64,000 bases of DNA from an uncultured Planctomycetota bacterium (lineage in GTDB: Bacteria; Planctomycetota; Planctomycetia; Isosphaerales; Isosphaeraceae), in NCBI GenBank assembly GCA_963823665.1, contig CAWGMQ010000004.1:224001-288000 (forward strand), in the 5' to 3' direction. This document shows positions 37,854 through 48,522 of this stretch, piece after piece. The notes under the pieces were generated by a model. It was not told the origin of the DNA, did no database searches, and saw only the letters and a program-made list of their open reading frames with translations. How positions within the stretch are numbered: the first letter of the stretch is position 1; each line of letters opens with the position of its first letter. The position numbers and the translations under genes are program-made.

Positions 37854-39233
37854 TCAGTTCGGAGACGCCGGTGTCGCAGTCGTGCCCGTGTTCGGGCTCG
37901 CGCTTGTGCTGTTATCCGTCGTCGTCGCCGTGTGTTTCGGCCGATTGATCCTTTTCTCGAACTCGCGCGCGACTTCCGGCGACAGCCCAGGCGGCGGCTG
38001 GGCCGCCACCTTGGCTCGCTCCGCAGCGCTCATGGATCCCCTGGAGCCGGCAGCCGCCTTGGCGGCATGCGGCGGGTTCGACATCAGCTTGACGTCGTCC
38101 TGAACGCCGTATTCCGTGTGCTTCTCTTCGTTGGCCAGCTTCACGGTTCCGGTCAACTGGTTCTCGATGGAAGAGGCCTTGATCAGCTCTTGCATCACAA
38201 GCCCCATCGCTTCCTTGAGCTTCACTTCGTAGATCATCTCGTGCGTCCGCTTGTAAACCAGCGGGTCCTTCAAGCTGATCCCCTTGTCGGCAGGAATCAG
38301 CGATTCGCGCCGAAGGATGATCCAGACCAGCTCGCTGACCTGAATCGGGCCCGTGATGCTCCCATCCTTCGGCTTGTGGCTCGGGTCTTTGTCTGCCTTG
38401 TCGCCGTCGACCAGTTGGTCGAATGCCGCGTCGGAGATCGTCTGCGGATACGCATGGCGCGTGATCGGCTCGGCCAGCAGCCCGCCCAGCGAGCGGCTGC
38501 CCGTGTCCATCGATTCATCCATCGCGAGCTTCTCGAATCCGCCGGGATTGTCGCGCAATTGCTCCCAGATCTTCATGGCCTTCTGCTGCGTGTCCACCAG
38601 GATCATCCGGCAGCGAATCTTCTCCGCATACTGGGCCTCGAACGCCTGCTGCATGTCTCCCGGCGTGACCTGCACTCGCCCTGCGCACAATTTCCGCAGC
38701 GCAAGCGCGGGATAGATGATGTCCCTCGCGTACTGAATCGGGCTGATATTGCGCTCTTTGTCCAGAGTGCGCAGCCACCCTTCACGGCTGATTCCGAACC
38801 GCTTGGCGACATCTTCGATTTCTTTGTCGATGTCGGCCGCGGTGACCTCGAGCTTCTTCGCCCGGAGCGCCTGCTCGACCAGCGTACGGTGAATCATGAC
38901 CTCGGCGATTTCCTTGCCCTTGCGAGCGATGCACTCATCTGCAAGCTGCCGGCGCGTGATCACCTGGCCGTTGACTTTGAGAATCGGGTCGTCGAGGTTT
39001 ACAGGAATCCGCGTCATCTGAGCGAGTGGAGCTTCGATCTCATCGAGGCGTACCGTCTTCTTTCCCTTTGTGTCAGGGCCGGGCGCCGTCGCCCGCGGCG
39101 CCGCTGGCGGCACATTGTATTTTTGCGCGGCATCGTCCTGCGCGATCGCGTGATGCCCGGAGCCGACGAGCCCCGCACCCAGGGCAAACGCAAACAGCCG
39201 GTAGCCGCTACCGCGAACCTTAGCGATCTTCAC
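37854..39233 (-). CDS. Exported SurA/PrsA-like foldase (parvulin-type peptidyl-prolyl isomerase)
   Basis: Signal peptide, KVNGQVITR...L, FEKLAMDESMD..S...GGLL and GPIQV parvulin-like motifs. GTG start after GGAG. Confidence 0.8.
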   Translation of the reverse strand: MKIAKVRGSGYRLFAFALGAGLVGSGHHAIAQDDAAQKYNVPPAAPRATAPGPDTKGKKTVRLDEIEAPLAQMTRIPVNLDDPILKVNGQVITRRQLADECIARKGKEIAEVMIHRTLVEQALRAKKLEVTAADIDKEIEDVAKRFGISREGWLRTLDKERNISPIQYARDIIYPALALRKLCAGRVQVTPGDMQQAFEAQYAEKIRCRMILVDTQQKAMKIWEQLRDNPGGFEKLAMDESMDTGSRSLGGLLAEPITRHAYPQTISDAAFDQLVDGDKADKDPSHKPKDGSITGPIQVSELVWIILRRESLIPADKGISLKDPLVYKRTHEMIYEVKLKEAMGLVMQELIKASSIENQLTGTVKLANEEKHTEYGVQDDVKLMSNPPHAAKAAAGSRGSMSAAERAKVAAQPPPGLSPEVAREFEKRINRPKHTATTTDNSTSASPNTGTTATPASPN

Positions 39234-39337
39234 GTGGCATCTCCCCAATTCCTTCGGCAACAGCCGGTACTCCCGTCCGCGTCCGTGCATTCGGGCCGGG
39301 ACTTTAAGGTTTCACGACAAAACGGTCAACCTCGAAA

Positions 39338-39359
39338 GTAGGTCAGGCTTGAGCCTGAT
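39338..39359 (+). repeat. GTAG-type REP palindrome, left of the IS
   Basis: GTAG-GTCAGGCT-TG-AGCCTGAT; same element at 41139 and 54686. Confidence 0.75.
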
Positions 39360-39365
39360 CGGAGG

Positions 39366-41112
39366 GGGTAGACGCCAGCTTCTGCTGGCTCCAGCAGGGG
39401 TCCGAAATCGTCAATAGGAGAACCCGGGTGTTTTGTGGTAGATTGCGGCTCCAGGGCTCTTTGGAGGATTAAATCTCGGCATAAAAGGAGTCAACCCATG
39501 GATGGGACAACGACCAAGCTCAAGGAAAAACTTGACCAACTCCTGCACGAGGCGGCGGAGGTTTCGGTAGCGCTTGATCGGGTTGAGGGCACCATCGTGG
39601 GGGTCCCTCATTACTCGGTCATCGAGGGTCGAGCCCATGAACTGGGCCAACAACTGAGCCGGCGGATCCAAGCGCAGCATATGGGTGATCTCGCCGCTCA
39701 CGCTCCTCCCTCGGCCAAATGCCCCGAGTGCGGCACTCGCTGTGACACTTCCCGCAAGAAACGTCAGGTGAGGTCTGTCGACGGCACTTTGACCGTCGAC
39801 GAGCCGGTTGCTCATTGCCCCAAATGCCGTCGGGGCTTTTTTCCCCCTCCGGGAGGCACTGGGCTTTGACGCTCGAGAACTGACCCCGCTCTTGGTGCAG
39901 CGGATCGCTGTCGCCGCCGCTGAGGCACGCTCGTTCGAGCGGGCGGCGATCGTCATGAAACAGGTAGGCGATCAGGGGGTTTCCGCCAAGACGATCGAGC
40001 GGGTGGTGCATGACGTCGGTCCCGAATTGGCCGAGCGTCGCGACGCTGACCCCAAGACGGACGAGGCCCTGGCGATGCGTCCTGCCAGCCCCGCTGAATT
40101 GGCCGTCGTCGAATGCGATGGAGGACGGATCCGCACCCGCGAGCCGGGGCATGGTCCCGGTGTGCATTCCACTGCGGAAGGCTGGCGGGAGACCAAGAAC
40201 GCGGTCTTGATCCGTGCGTCGCGTACCGTCTCCATCGACGATCCTCAACCCGAGCCACCAGCGTGCTTCTGCGACTCGGAGCATGTGGCCAAAATCGCCG
40301 AAACCGCGGCGCTCTCGGTCGCCTCATCGTTGCCTGGCTCATCTCCAAATCAGCGTCAGGAGGACTGCCCCGAGTTAGCCAAGCCGGCTAAAGCCGACGA
40401 TTGGCGCCCCAAGCGGCTGGTCCGCACCGTGCTCGCCAGCATCGCCGAGTCAAAGGTTTTCGGCAAGCAGATGGAGCGTGAGGCCAAGCGAAGGCGATTC
40501 TTCGAGGCCAACGCCAAGGCGTTCCTGGGGGATGGGTTGCCCTGGAACTGGTCAATCTGGAAGAAGCACTTCCCCGACTTCACGCCGATCCTGGATTTCA
40601 TCCACGTGCTGAGTTACCTGTTCCTGGCCGCCAAGGCGGTTCACGACGCGGCCGAAGATGCATGGAGCCAGTACCTCGTCTGGATGCGCGGTGCCTGGCA
40701 AGGGGACATGGCGCAGGTGCTTGAGGAACTGCGGGCCTGGCAAACCAAGCGCGGCGTTCCCGATAAGGATACGCCGGATAGCGACCCGCGGCAGATTCTG
40801 GCGACGACGATCAATTACCTGGAGAACAACCAAGACCGCATGAAGTACCCTGAATATCGCCAGGCCGGCCTACCGGTGACGACGGCCTGGATGGAGTCGC
40901 TGGTCAAGGAGATGAACTACCGAGTCAAAGGAACGGAGATGTTCTGGAATGACCCAGACGGCGCCGAGGCGATCTTGCAAGTGCGGGCTGTATCACTCTG
41001 CGACGATGAGCGATTGGCCAAGCACCTCCGTAGCCGCGCGGGCTGCGCCTTCACCCGCCGACCTAAGTCACCCAAACTCAATCGCCAAAAAATCCGAAGC
41101 TGACGTGCACCC
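39366..41112 (+). mobile_element. ISKra4-like insertion sequence (~1.75 kb)
   Basis: Imperfect 17-bp terminal inverted repeats GGGTAGACGCCAGCTTC (39366-39382) and GGGTGCACGTCAGCTTC (reverse complement of 41096-41112), 14/17 identical. Internal transposase; flanking 18/20-bp direct repeats. Confidence 0.85.
39498..41103 (+). CDS. ISKra4-like transposase in two frames joined at TTTTTTCCCCC (39837-39847)
   Basis: ORF A starts after AAGGAG and has CPEC...CPKCRRGFFP. ORF B continues FFPLREALG...ECDGGR...LGDGLPWNW...ILDFIH...MKYPEYRQAGLPVTTAWMESLVK (DDE-type). Confidence 0.85.
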
Positions 41113-41138
41113 ACTTGAGCCTGGGATCGGAGGTCCAA

Positions 41139-41161
41139 GTAGGTCAGGCTTGCAGCCTGAC
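41139..41161 (+). repeat. GTAG-type REP palindrome, right of the IS
   Basis: GTAG-GTCAGGCT-TGC-AGCCTGAC. Confidence 0.8.
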
Positions 41162-41512
41162 AATTCAGCACCTTGCCTGTCTCGAGCAGCGAAAGCGACA
41201 CACCATCGATTCCGCGAGCATTCGTCGGTAAATGACTCCCGGGAAACAACACGAATCGCTGCCGGGTATACTCAAATGAATGACTGGATTGTCCAGACAC
41301 CGCCTGCGCAATCGCGCGGAATTTCCCCACCAGGTCCACCACGCCGCCCACAGACCGCTGCTCCAGACAATTCTTCGCCGAGCTCCGGCGAAGGAGTTCA
41401 TGGTGGAACCATCCGGGTGGAAGCTTTAAGATGCACATCGTTTCCTTCCTTCAAACGTGCGGCTCGTCGGGCCGAAGCCCTGAGCCGTTTCTGCGTCGGG
41501 CGGACCGCATTC

Positions 41513-43272
41513 ATGAACATCACGATCACTCGCGCGGCGGGAGTCGTCGTCCTTCTGGCCATGTTTCCGGTCTCGGGATTCGCCAAGCAAGCCCGCGCCG
41601 ACTCCGACACATTCTCCAAACATGCCGTCGTCGCCGGTGAAGGGCACGCCGCCGACGCCGGCCGCGAGGTCCTCAACCGCGGTGGTAACGCCATCGATGC
41701 TGCAATCGCCACGGCGTTCGCGCTGGCGGTGACACTCCCCGAAGCCGGCAATCTCGGCGGCGGCGGCTTCATCGTCGCCTACCTGAGCGACCGCCGCGAG
41801 GTCGTGACCGTCGACTTCCGCGAAATGGCACCGCGACTCCTCGACCCCGACCATGTACCTGGGTGCCGATGGAAAACCGCGGCCCCGCTACCGCGCCGGT
41901 GCCTGGTCGGCCGGCGTGCCGGGCACCGTCCGCGGCCTCGGGCTGGCGCACGCTCGATTCGGAAAAACACCCTGGGCCGAACTCGTCCGCCCCGCCGCGA
42001 AGCTTGCCCGTGACGGGTTTCCGATCTCGGCCGAGCTCGCCCGTTCACTCAACCGTCAGCTCGCACCCCGGAATCTGGAGCCAGGCCAACCAGCCGCACG
42101 CAACGACTTCGGCCGCCTCGGCGATTTCCCGGAGACGATCGCCGCGCTCGGCAAGCCCGACCGCACCCCCTGGAAATCCGGCGACCGGCTGATCCAGCAA
42201 GATCTCGCCGCCTGCCTCGACCGGATCGCGGAGCGAGGTGCCGATGAGTTCTACTCCGGCCGCACCGCCGAGTTGATCGCCCGATACATGAACGAAAAAG
42301 AGGGATTCGTTACCCTCGAAGACCTGAAGGCCTACCAAGCCAAGCTCCGCCCGCCGGTCCACACCACCTTCCGCGGATCCGAGATCTATAGCGTCGGGCC
42401 CCCCTCGTCAGGCGGGATCGTCCTTTGCCAGGTTTTGAATATCCTCGAGCGTTTCGACCTGCGCAAAGACGGCCGCGAGTCTCCCCAAACCGTGCATCGC
42501 GTCACCGAGGCGATGCGCCGGGCCTATTTCACGAGGGCCGACAAGCTCGGCGACCCCGACTTCGTCAAGATCGCGGTCGAAGAGCTGACGTCGAAAGCCT
42601 ACGCAAATCAGCTCGCCTCTACGATCGGCGTCCGCGCCACGCCGAGCCGGGAACTCGCACCTTACCCGATCGTGACCGCCGAAGGCGATCACACGACCCA
42701 TCTCTCGGTCATCGATCAGACAGGCAACGCCGTTGCCCTGACCTATACGCTTGAAGACTCGTACGGAGCAAAATGCGTCGTCTCGGGCGCCGGCTTCCTG
42801 CTCAACAACGAGATGGGTGACTTCAATGTCATACCGGGGCGAACCGACGCCGCCGGACGAATCGGCACGCTCGCCCAACTTGATCGCACCCGGCAAGCGA
42901 ATGCTCAGCTCGCAAACGCCTACCTTGGTCCTCAAGGACGGCCAGGTGCGAATGGTGACCGGATCGCCAGGCGGCCGGACCATCCCCAACACGACCCTCT
43001 GGGTCGTGCTCAATGACCTCGAGTTCGGCATGGAGCCCCGCGCGGCCGTCGACGCCCCTCGCACCCACCACCAGTGGTTTCCCGATGAGCTCGCCCTCGA
43101 AGGCCGGTCGTGGCCCGACCAGACGCGGCATGCATTGCTCGAATTGGGCCACCGGATCAAGGTCGTCAATCGCCAAGGTATCGCCAACACAATCGTCGTC
43201 GATCGCGCCGGGGCTCGAATCTTCGGAATCGCCGACCGGCGCAGCCCGCTCGCTCGAGCCGCCGGCGACTGA
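41513..43272 (+). CDS. ggt: Gamma-glutamyltransferase, exported; frameshifts at ~41834 and ~42873
   Basis: Signal peptide; GGNAIDAA, GNLGGGGF, DFREMAP; PPSSGG; catalytic TTH (EGDHTTHLSVID); LLNNEMGDF; PGKRMLSS, GSPGG. Confidence 0.93.
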
Positions 43273-43607
43273 GCAGTCGCGGATCGCAAACATTTAATTA
43301 GTATTACGTTCCGGCGTCCAAAGGTCGCTGTCGACTCGGCCTGACTCGCCGATGAGTGATGCGGCGCGAGGACACTTGCCAACACCTGACTGGCGTTGCG
43401 TCGTTTTTCGGCAACGAGGGCTCGAAATGTGCGGCACAACCGTGGTTTCGGGCGTATTGGTAATACGTAGCGGTATCACCATGCGCATTTATCTCGGAAC
43501 GGAGCGCGCCGATGGCTCGCGGCACCCCGGATTGGGAATCTAGCGGCAAACGAATTGAGTTCGACTCAGCGAGCCATAGATTTGCATCTATAATGGAGAA
43601 AGCGAAG

Positions 43608-43853
43608 ATGACGCCCCGCCGCCATTCCGATAGCCCAACAATCTTGCTGCGCGTGAGCGACGGGACCTTTCACACGCATCGCTCGTTCAACGACTTTTTC
43701 CAGGCAACTCAGAGTGCCGAGGCATATGCCGGGGCGGGCTTCACCGTCGCGATGATTTCGGCGACCGGCCGGTATTTGATGGGCTTCGAGCCCCGGCGTC
43801 AGAAGGTAGCTGTCAAGAACTGGCCACCTGCAGAACAGCCGTCTCGCCCGTGA
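43608..43853 (+). CDS. Small hypothetical protein
   Basis: ATG with GGAG upstream; protein-like composition (MTPRRHSDSPTILLRVSDG...). Confidence 0.5.
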   Translation: MTPRRHSDSPTILLRVSDGTFHTHRSFNDFFQATQSAEAYAGAGFTVAMISATGRYLMGFEPRRQKVAVKNWPPAEQPSRP

Positions 43854-43868
43854 AAATGGGCTATTTTT

Positions 43869-43954
43869 CGACGATTACGCGAAAAAAACCCGGAATAATG
43901 CGGCAAAATCGGGCATTTTCCTGGTTTTGCCGCTTGTTTTCGACATAATCGTCG
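43869..43954 (+). other. Long interrupted hairpin upstream of the HU gene (candidate structured RNA)
   Basis: Three nested stems: CGACGATTA/TAATCGTCG, CGAAAA/TTTTCG and GCGGCAAAATCGGG/CCTGGTTTTGCCGC (with G-U pairs). Confidence 0.5.
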
Positions 43955-44073
43955 GGTACGAACAGCAGAAGCTGGATGAAATCGCTCTCGTTGTGAGGGC
44001 GAAAGAGTGCCAGGCTACTCGAAATCGTACGAGACGACTGACTGATTGACTTTCACAGGAGGTTTCAGGATCC

Positions 44074-44397
44074 ATGGCCAAGAAAGCCGCCACAGTGAAG
44101 GCTGCAACCAAGGGCGAGGTTTACACCAAGATAGCCGGCAAGACGGGATTGACCAAAAAGCAGGTCTCCACCGTCTTCGACGCGCTCACCGAGATGATCG
44201 GCAACGAGCTCGGCAAGAAGGGTCCCGGCATTTTCCAGGTTCCGGGCCTGCTCAAGCTCAAGGTCATCCGCAAGCCCGCCACCAAGGCAAAGACCGGCAT
44301 CAACCCCTTCACGAAGGAACCGATGATGTACAAGGCCAAACCCGCACGCAACGTCGTCAAGGCGCTGCCGCTCAAATCACTCAAGGAGATGGTCTGA
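44074..44397 (+). CDS. HU family DNA-binding protein
   Basis: TKGEVYTKIAGKTGLTKKQV..VFDAL, PGLLKL, GINPFTKE, KAKPARNVVK; Lys-rich; CAGGA RBS. Confidence 0.93.
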   Translation: MAKKAATVKAATKGEVYTKIAGKTGLTKKQVSTVFDALTEMIGNELGKKGPGIFQVPGLLKLKVIRKPATKAKTGINPFTKEPMMYKAKPARNVVKALPLKSLKEMV

Positions 44398-44534
44398 TTC
44401 GTTTGGTTGCCTCGCTGCGCCGGTAATCGACCCTGGAGCGCGACGAGACCCGATCGACCCGTGCCGGGCGCGCAAGTTCTCTTGCCAGCGCCCGGCGCGG
44501 TCGAATGATCCTTGGCCAACCCCGCTCCGCGTAC

Positions 44535-45509
44535 TCACGCATTCGCCGCCAACCCTGTCGCCTTCTGCTCCCGGTACCAGGCCACGTACCAGTGCAGCCC
44601 TTCTTCAAATGCTGTCCGCGGTGCGTACCCCAACTCGTCTGCCGCGCGTTCGATTGACGCAAAAGTCTGCCGCACGTCTCCCGGCTGTTCGGGAAAGCCT
44701 TCGATGCTCGGAGTTTTCCCAAGCGCCCGCCCGATTGATTCGATCACCTCGCGCAGAGCGACCGGCTGTGAATGGCCCAGGTTATACAGATGATGAGTCG
44801 CGCAGCGCTCGATCGCGCGACAGATTCCGTCGACGATGTCGGCCACATAGGTGTAATCACGCCGGCTGGTGCCGTCGCCGAACATTGGCACCGCCAGCCC
44901 CTGGTCGATCAAGCGCGTAAACTTGGCGATCGCCAGATCGGGGCGATTGCGCGGACCGTAGGCTGTGAAGAACCGCAAACCCGTCACCGGCAACCCGTGC
45001 AAATGATGGAACGTGTGCGCCAACAGCTCGCAGGACCGCTTGGTCGCGGCGTAGGGGCTGACCGGGAGATCGACCGGGTCTGATTCTCGAAATGGCCCGG
45101 ATGCTCGGTTGCCGTACACGCTCGAGCTCGATGCGTAGACGAATCGCGGTCGCGGCTCCAGCCGGCATGCCGCCTCCAGAAAGGCGAGCGTACCCAGCAC
45201 GTTCACCTCCGCATAGAGACGCGGCTCAAGAATGCTCGGCCGCACGCCCGCCTTCGCCGCAAGGTGCACGATCGCGTCAGGCCGAAAATGTTCGACGAGC
45301 GCGGCGGCACGGGGTGCATCCCGGATGTCCTGTTCTTCCAGACGAAAACCTGGGTTCTTACGGGCTTCGACCAGGTTCGATTCCTTGAGCGCCCGGTCGT
45401 AGAACGGGTCGAAATTGTCGACCGCCGTCACTTCCGCGCCGGCCGCCAGGAGCCGGTCCACAAGCTGCGAGCCGATGAAACCGGCGCCGCCGGTCACGAT
45501 GATTCTCAT
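44535..45509 (-). CDS. NAD-dependent epimerase/dehydratase (UDP-glucuronate 4-epimerase-like)
   Basis: TGGAGFIG, HLAAKAGVRPS, ASSSSVYG, PYAATK (YxxxK), RFFTAYGP, RDYTYVADIV. Confidence 0.93.
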   Translation of the reverse strand: MRIIVTGGAGFIGSQLVDRLLAAGAEVTAVDNFDPFYDRALKESNLVEARKNPGFRLEEQDIRDAPRAAALVEHFRPDAIVHLAAKAGVRPSILEPRLYAEVNVLGTLAFLEAACRLEPRPRFVYASSSSVYGNRASGPFRESDPVDLPVSPYAATKRSCELLAHTFHHLHGLPVTGLRFFTAYGPRNRPDLAIAKFTRLIDQGLAVPMFGDGTSRRDYTYVADIVDGICRAIERCATHHLYNLGHSQPVALREVIESIGRALGKTPSIEGFPEQPGDVRQTFASIERAADELGYAPRTAFEEGLHWYVAWYREQKATGLAANA

Positions 45510-45513
45510 CTTG

Positions 45514-48440
45514 TCATTCGACCGTGAATTCCCAGTGGAAGGCGGCGGTCTTGCCGTCGATCGAGAGCATCACGCCCTCGCCGTGAGGCAAGCCCTCGAG
45601 CGTGACCGGGGCGACCCGCTCGCCTTCGTTGTTCAGCACGTAGCACCGCACATCTCCTTTGCGCTTCCACTTGACGGTCGCCGTGACCGGCTCCTGGAGA
45701 AACGGCGGGCGTCCGGGATTGGCGACCTCCCGCTTCCAGCCGTTCACCCAGCGAAAATCGGTCGGCTGCACCCGGGCAATCGCCGAGACGAGCAAGCGCT
45801 TGGTCGACGCGATCGGCTCGTTGCTGAGCGAAGTTGCCACCAGCACGGCGAACGGGTTCTCGGTCGCGAGCTCGACTTGCGGGAAGGAAGCGGTTTCACC
45901 ACGGAACCAACCGGCCACGCCTTGAGTGAACGGGGTCTCGAAATAAAGCCGGCCGCGGGCAGGATCCCATTCACTTCCGCTCCGCCGCCGCCCCTTGCCG
46001 GTGCCCTTGCCCACGGCTTCGGCTGCGCGGCCCTTGGTTTCGCCCGACTCGCCGCGCCCGCGCAGGAAAAGCGAAGCCGCGTGCGGCAACAGGGCGTAGA
46101 CGTGCGGGCTGCCGTTGAGTGCTTCAGGAATCTGGTAGAGATCTTCTCCACCCACCGTTCCCGCCGGCCCCTCGCCCCAGACCTGCGGGTACAGAAAAAC
46201 CCCGCGCCGAACCACGCCATCCCAATCGGAATTCACCGCCATGTACACGCCGAGCAGATAATCTGCAGCCTCATCCGGGAACGACCAGGCTGGAGTCGTC
46301 TGGTTGCACCACTGGCCGAGCACATAGGGCCGATCGGCCCGACGCTTGATTCCCGCAATCGAATCCAGACCCCTTGCAGGTGAAGCCCATATCATCGAGC
46401 GGATCTCCGGCGACGCCCAGGGCAAGGGTGGCCAGTAGATCCGATCGTCAATCAAGTCCAGTCCCGTCCCCGCCAGCGCGGCGCAGAACTCGCCTTCGCG
46501 CCGCCAGTGCGAGACGCTGGCAATGGGGGCTTTCAGATCGTCTTTGCGGAGTGCCTCGGCCATCTTCTTGAACTGGCCCGACTCGAGCGACTCCCAGAAC
46601 CGATGGCCCGCCGCCGCCTGCGTCCGCCGTTCCAGCTCGGCCAGCTTCTTGGCGTAGGGCTCAGGCATTGCGCGAGGATTGTCGAGCAGGTCAAACAACG
46701 ATGTTTCGCCGGCCAGGGTCACCCAGGCCAGGGCCGGGTCTTCCTTGAGCGCCAGCTCGGTCTCCAAGTTCTTGTGGCCCAGGAGCGCCGTCGCCGATTT
46801 GAGTGCGAGTTGGCCCATCCGGCTGTCGAAGATCGCGGCCGGGCCGCCCCCGGAAGGAAGCAAGCCGTGAAGCGCGACGCCGTCGTCGACGCGAAACCGC
46901 CGCTTGCTCTGAAGCTCGACCGCTACGTAGATGCCCCGTTTTTTCAGCTCGGCGATCAGGTGGTCCAGCCGCTCGACGGCTTTCGGGTCAAACTCCTTGG
47001 TGTCGTCCCGCGCGTCGTCGAACAAGCTCCGGTCCGGCCCGTAAGCGGCATCGAGATCACCCAGTCGCACCAGGTTCACACCCGATCGAGCCAAGCGGTC
47101 AGCAAGCCGCTCGGCCAGCTCGGCGGGCTGGAAAGCCGCCGGCGGCAAGAGGCAAACTCCGAAGAACCGCGCACGCTCCTTGCCGCCGAACGTGAGATGT
47201 CCGTCCTTGACGGTCACCGGCCCTTTTTCGCCGGCCGGCGCCCGCAGCAGAAACGAAACATCGAGCGCGCTCTCGGCCTTGATCTCGCGCGAGGGCGGCA
47301 TCTCGAGCCAGTCGCGAGTATCCTCGGACACATCAAACGGTGACCATTCGCCCTCTTCCGGGTTGGGTGAAGCGGTGATTCGCACGTCGTCGAACCGGAT
47401 CGCTCCGATCGAGTCGTTCTTCTGGATTTGAAAGACGGCGCGGCGCGCCGGGCAGGCACCCGTACAAAAGCGCGGTCGACCCGCCAGTCAAAACTGTCCG
47501 ACCAGGTCAGCAGGAACTCCCGACCCTGCACCGGCCGTCCAGTATCGTCCAGGAAAAAAACGGTGGCACCGGCGCCTCCCGCGCCCCGAAGGCCGTTCGC
47601 CCGAACGGCGATCGAAATATCAAGCCCTTGCAAACCCGCAACCTCGGTCGCCAGCCCGGCCATCAGCCGGGAATTCCCCGCCCGGAGCTCGGCCGCGGCC
47701 GATGAATTGAAGCCGGGGAACACACGCTTCGCATCACGTTCCACCGCCCAGCAATAGGGAGCCGGATCGCCCAGCTCAAAATCACCATTGACGATCAGAT
47801 TCGCGCTCGTGGTCGGCCCGACTTCGATCAGCTTGAACGTCAGCCCGTCGATATCCAGCATGCCCGTCGAACCCATGAGCCCGATCGACATGATCGCGTC
47901 TTTCGTTCCGGAAGGAATCGGGATCCGCTTGACGACCCGGGTCCAGGTCCCCTTGATCGATTGGGTCCAGGGTCCCAGTGACCCGCGACCGAGCGCCTTA
48001 CCGGCGGCACCATGCGGATCGGCCCCGAGGAAATCGATGAATAAGGCCGGCTCGGACCCATCACGCTCACCGACCTGGACATTGCTCTGCCGCACCCAGA
48101 GCCCTAGCTCGATCGCTTCGGCCTTCTTACCGTCGATCCCGAAGGCGCGGCTGAGCGTTGTAAGCCGCCCCGGACGGCTACATTCGAACCGAACGAACTG
48201 CGGCCCGACCGGGCCGCCTTCGGGCATCAACTTTGCTCCCTGCGCGTTGTACCAGCCGTCGGGAAGTCCATCGTGATTGGCATCGGTCTCCAGGTCGTCG
48301 AGGGAAGGGGGAGGAGTGCGCACGATCAGCGCTTCCGGGCCTTCCTGCGCACGACTCCGGCCCAGGCCGATATCCGTCATTCCGGCCGCGACGACTAACG
48401 CCAGGAACACCCGCCCCCAGGTATGATAGAACCCCCTCAC
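45514..48440 (-). CDS. Exported glycoside hydrolase clan A (GH5-like) fold protein with N-terminal CBM-like domains; frameshift at ~47445
   Basis: Signal peptide; CBM4/9-like motifs (NLIVNGDFE, IDGLTF, FDDVRI); APAGEKGPV...RFFGV, GVNLVRL, LDHLIAELKKRGIYV, DPALAWV. Confidence 0.7.
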
Positions 48441-48522
48441 GACGACTCCTCGCCGATCAAACGGCTAGCGGTTGCGATCTACGGGCGCAGCCAAACTCGA
48501 AATCTCAATTGTGGGGAAAAGG

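Noticed and set aside
40949..41512. N-terminal extension of the ggt ORF
   Set aside because: Overlaps the IS end and REP; the signal peptide begins at ATG 41513.
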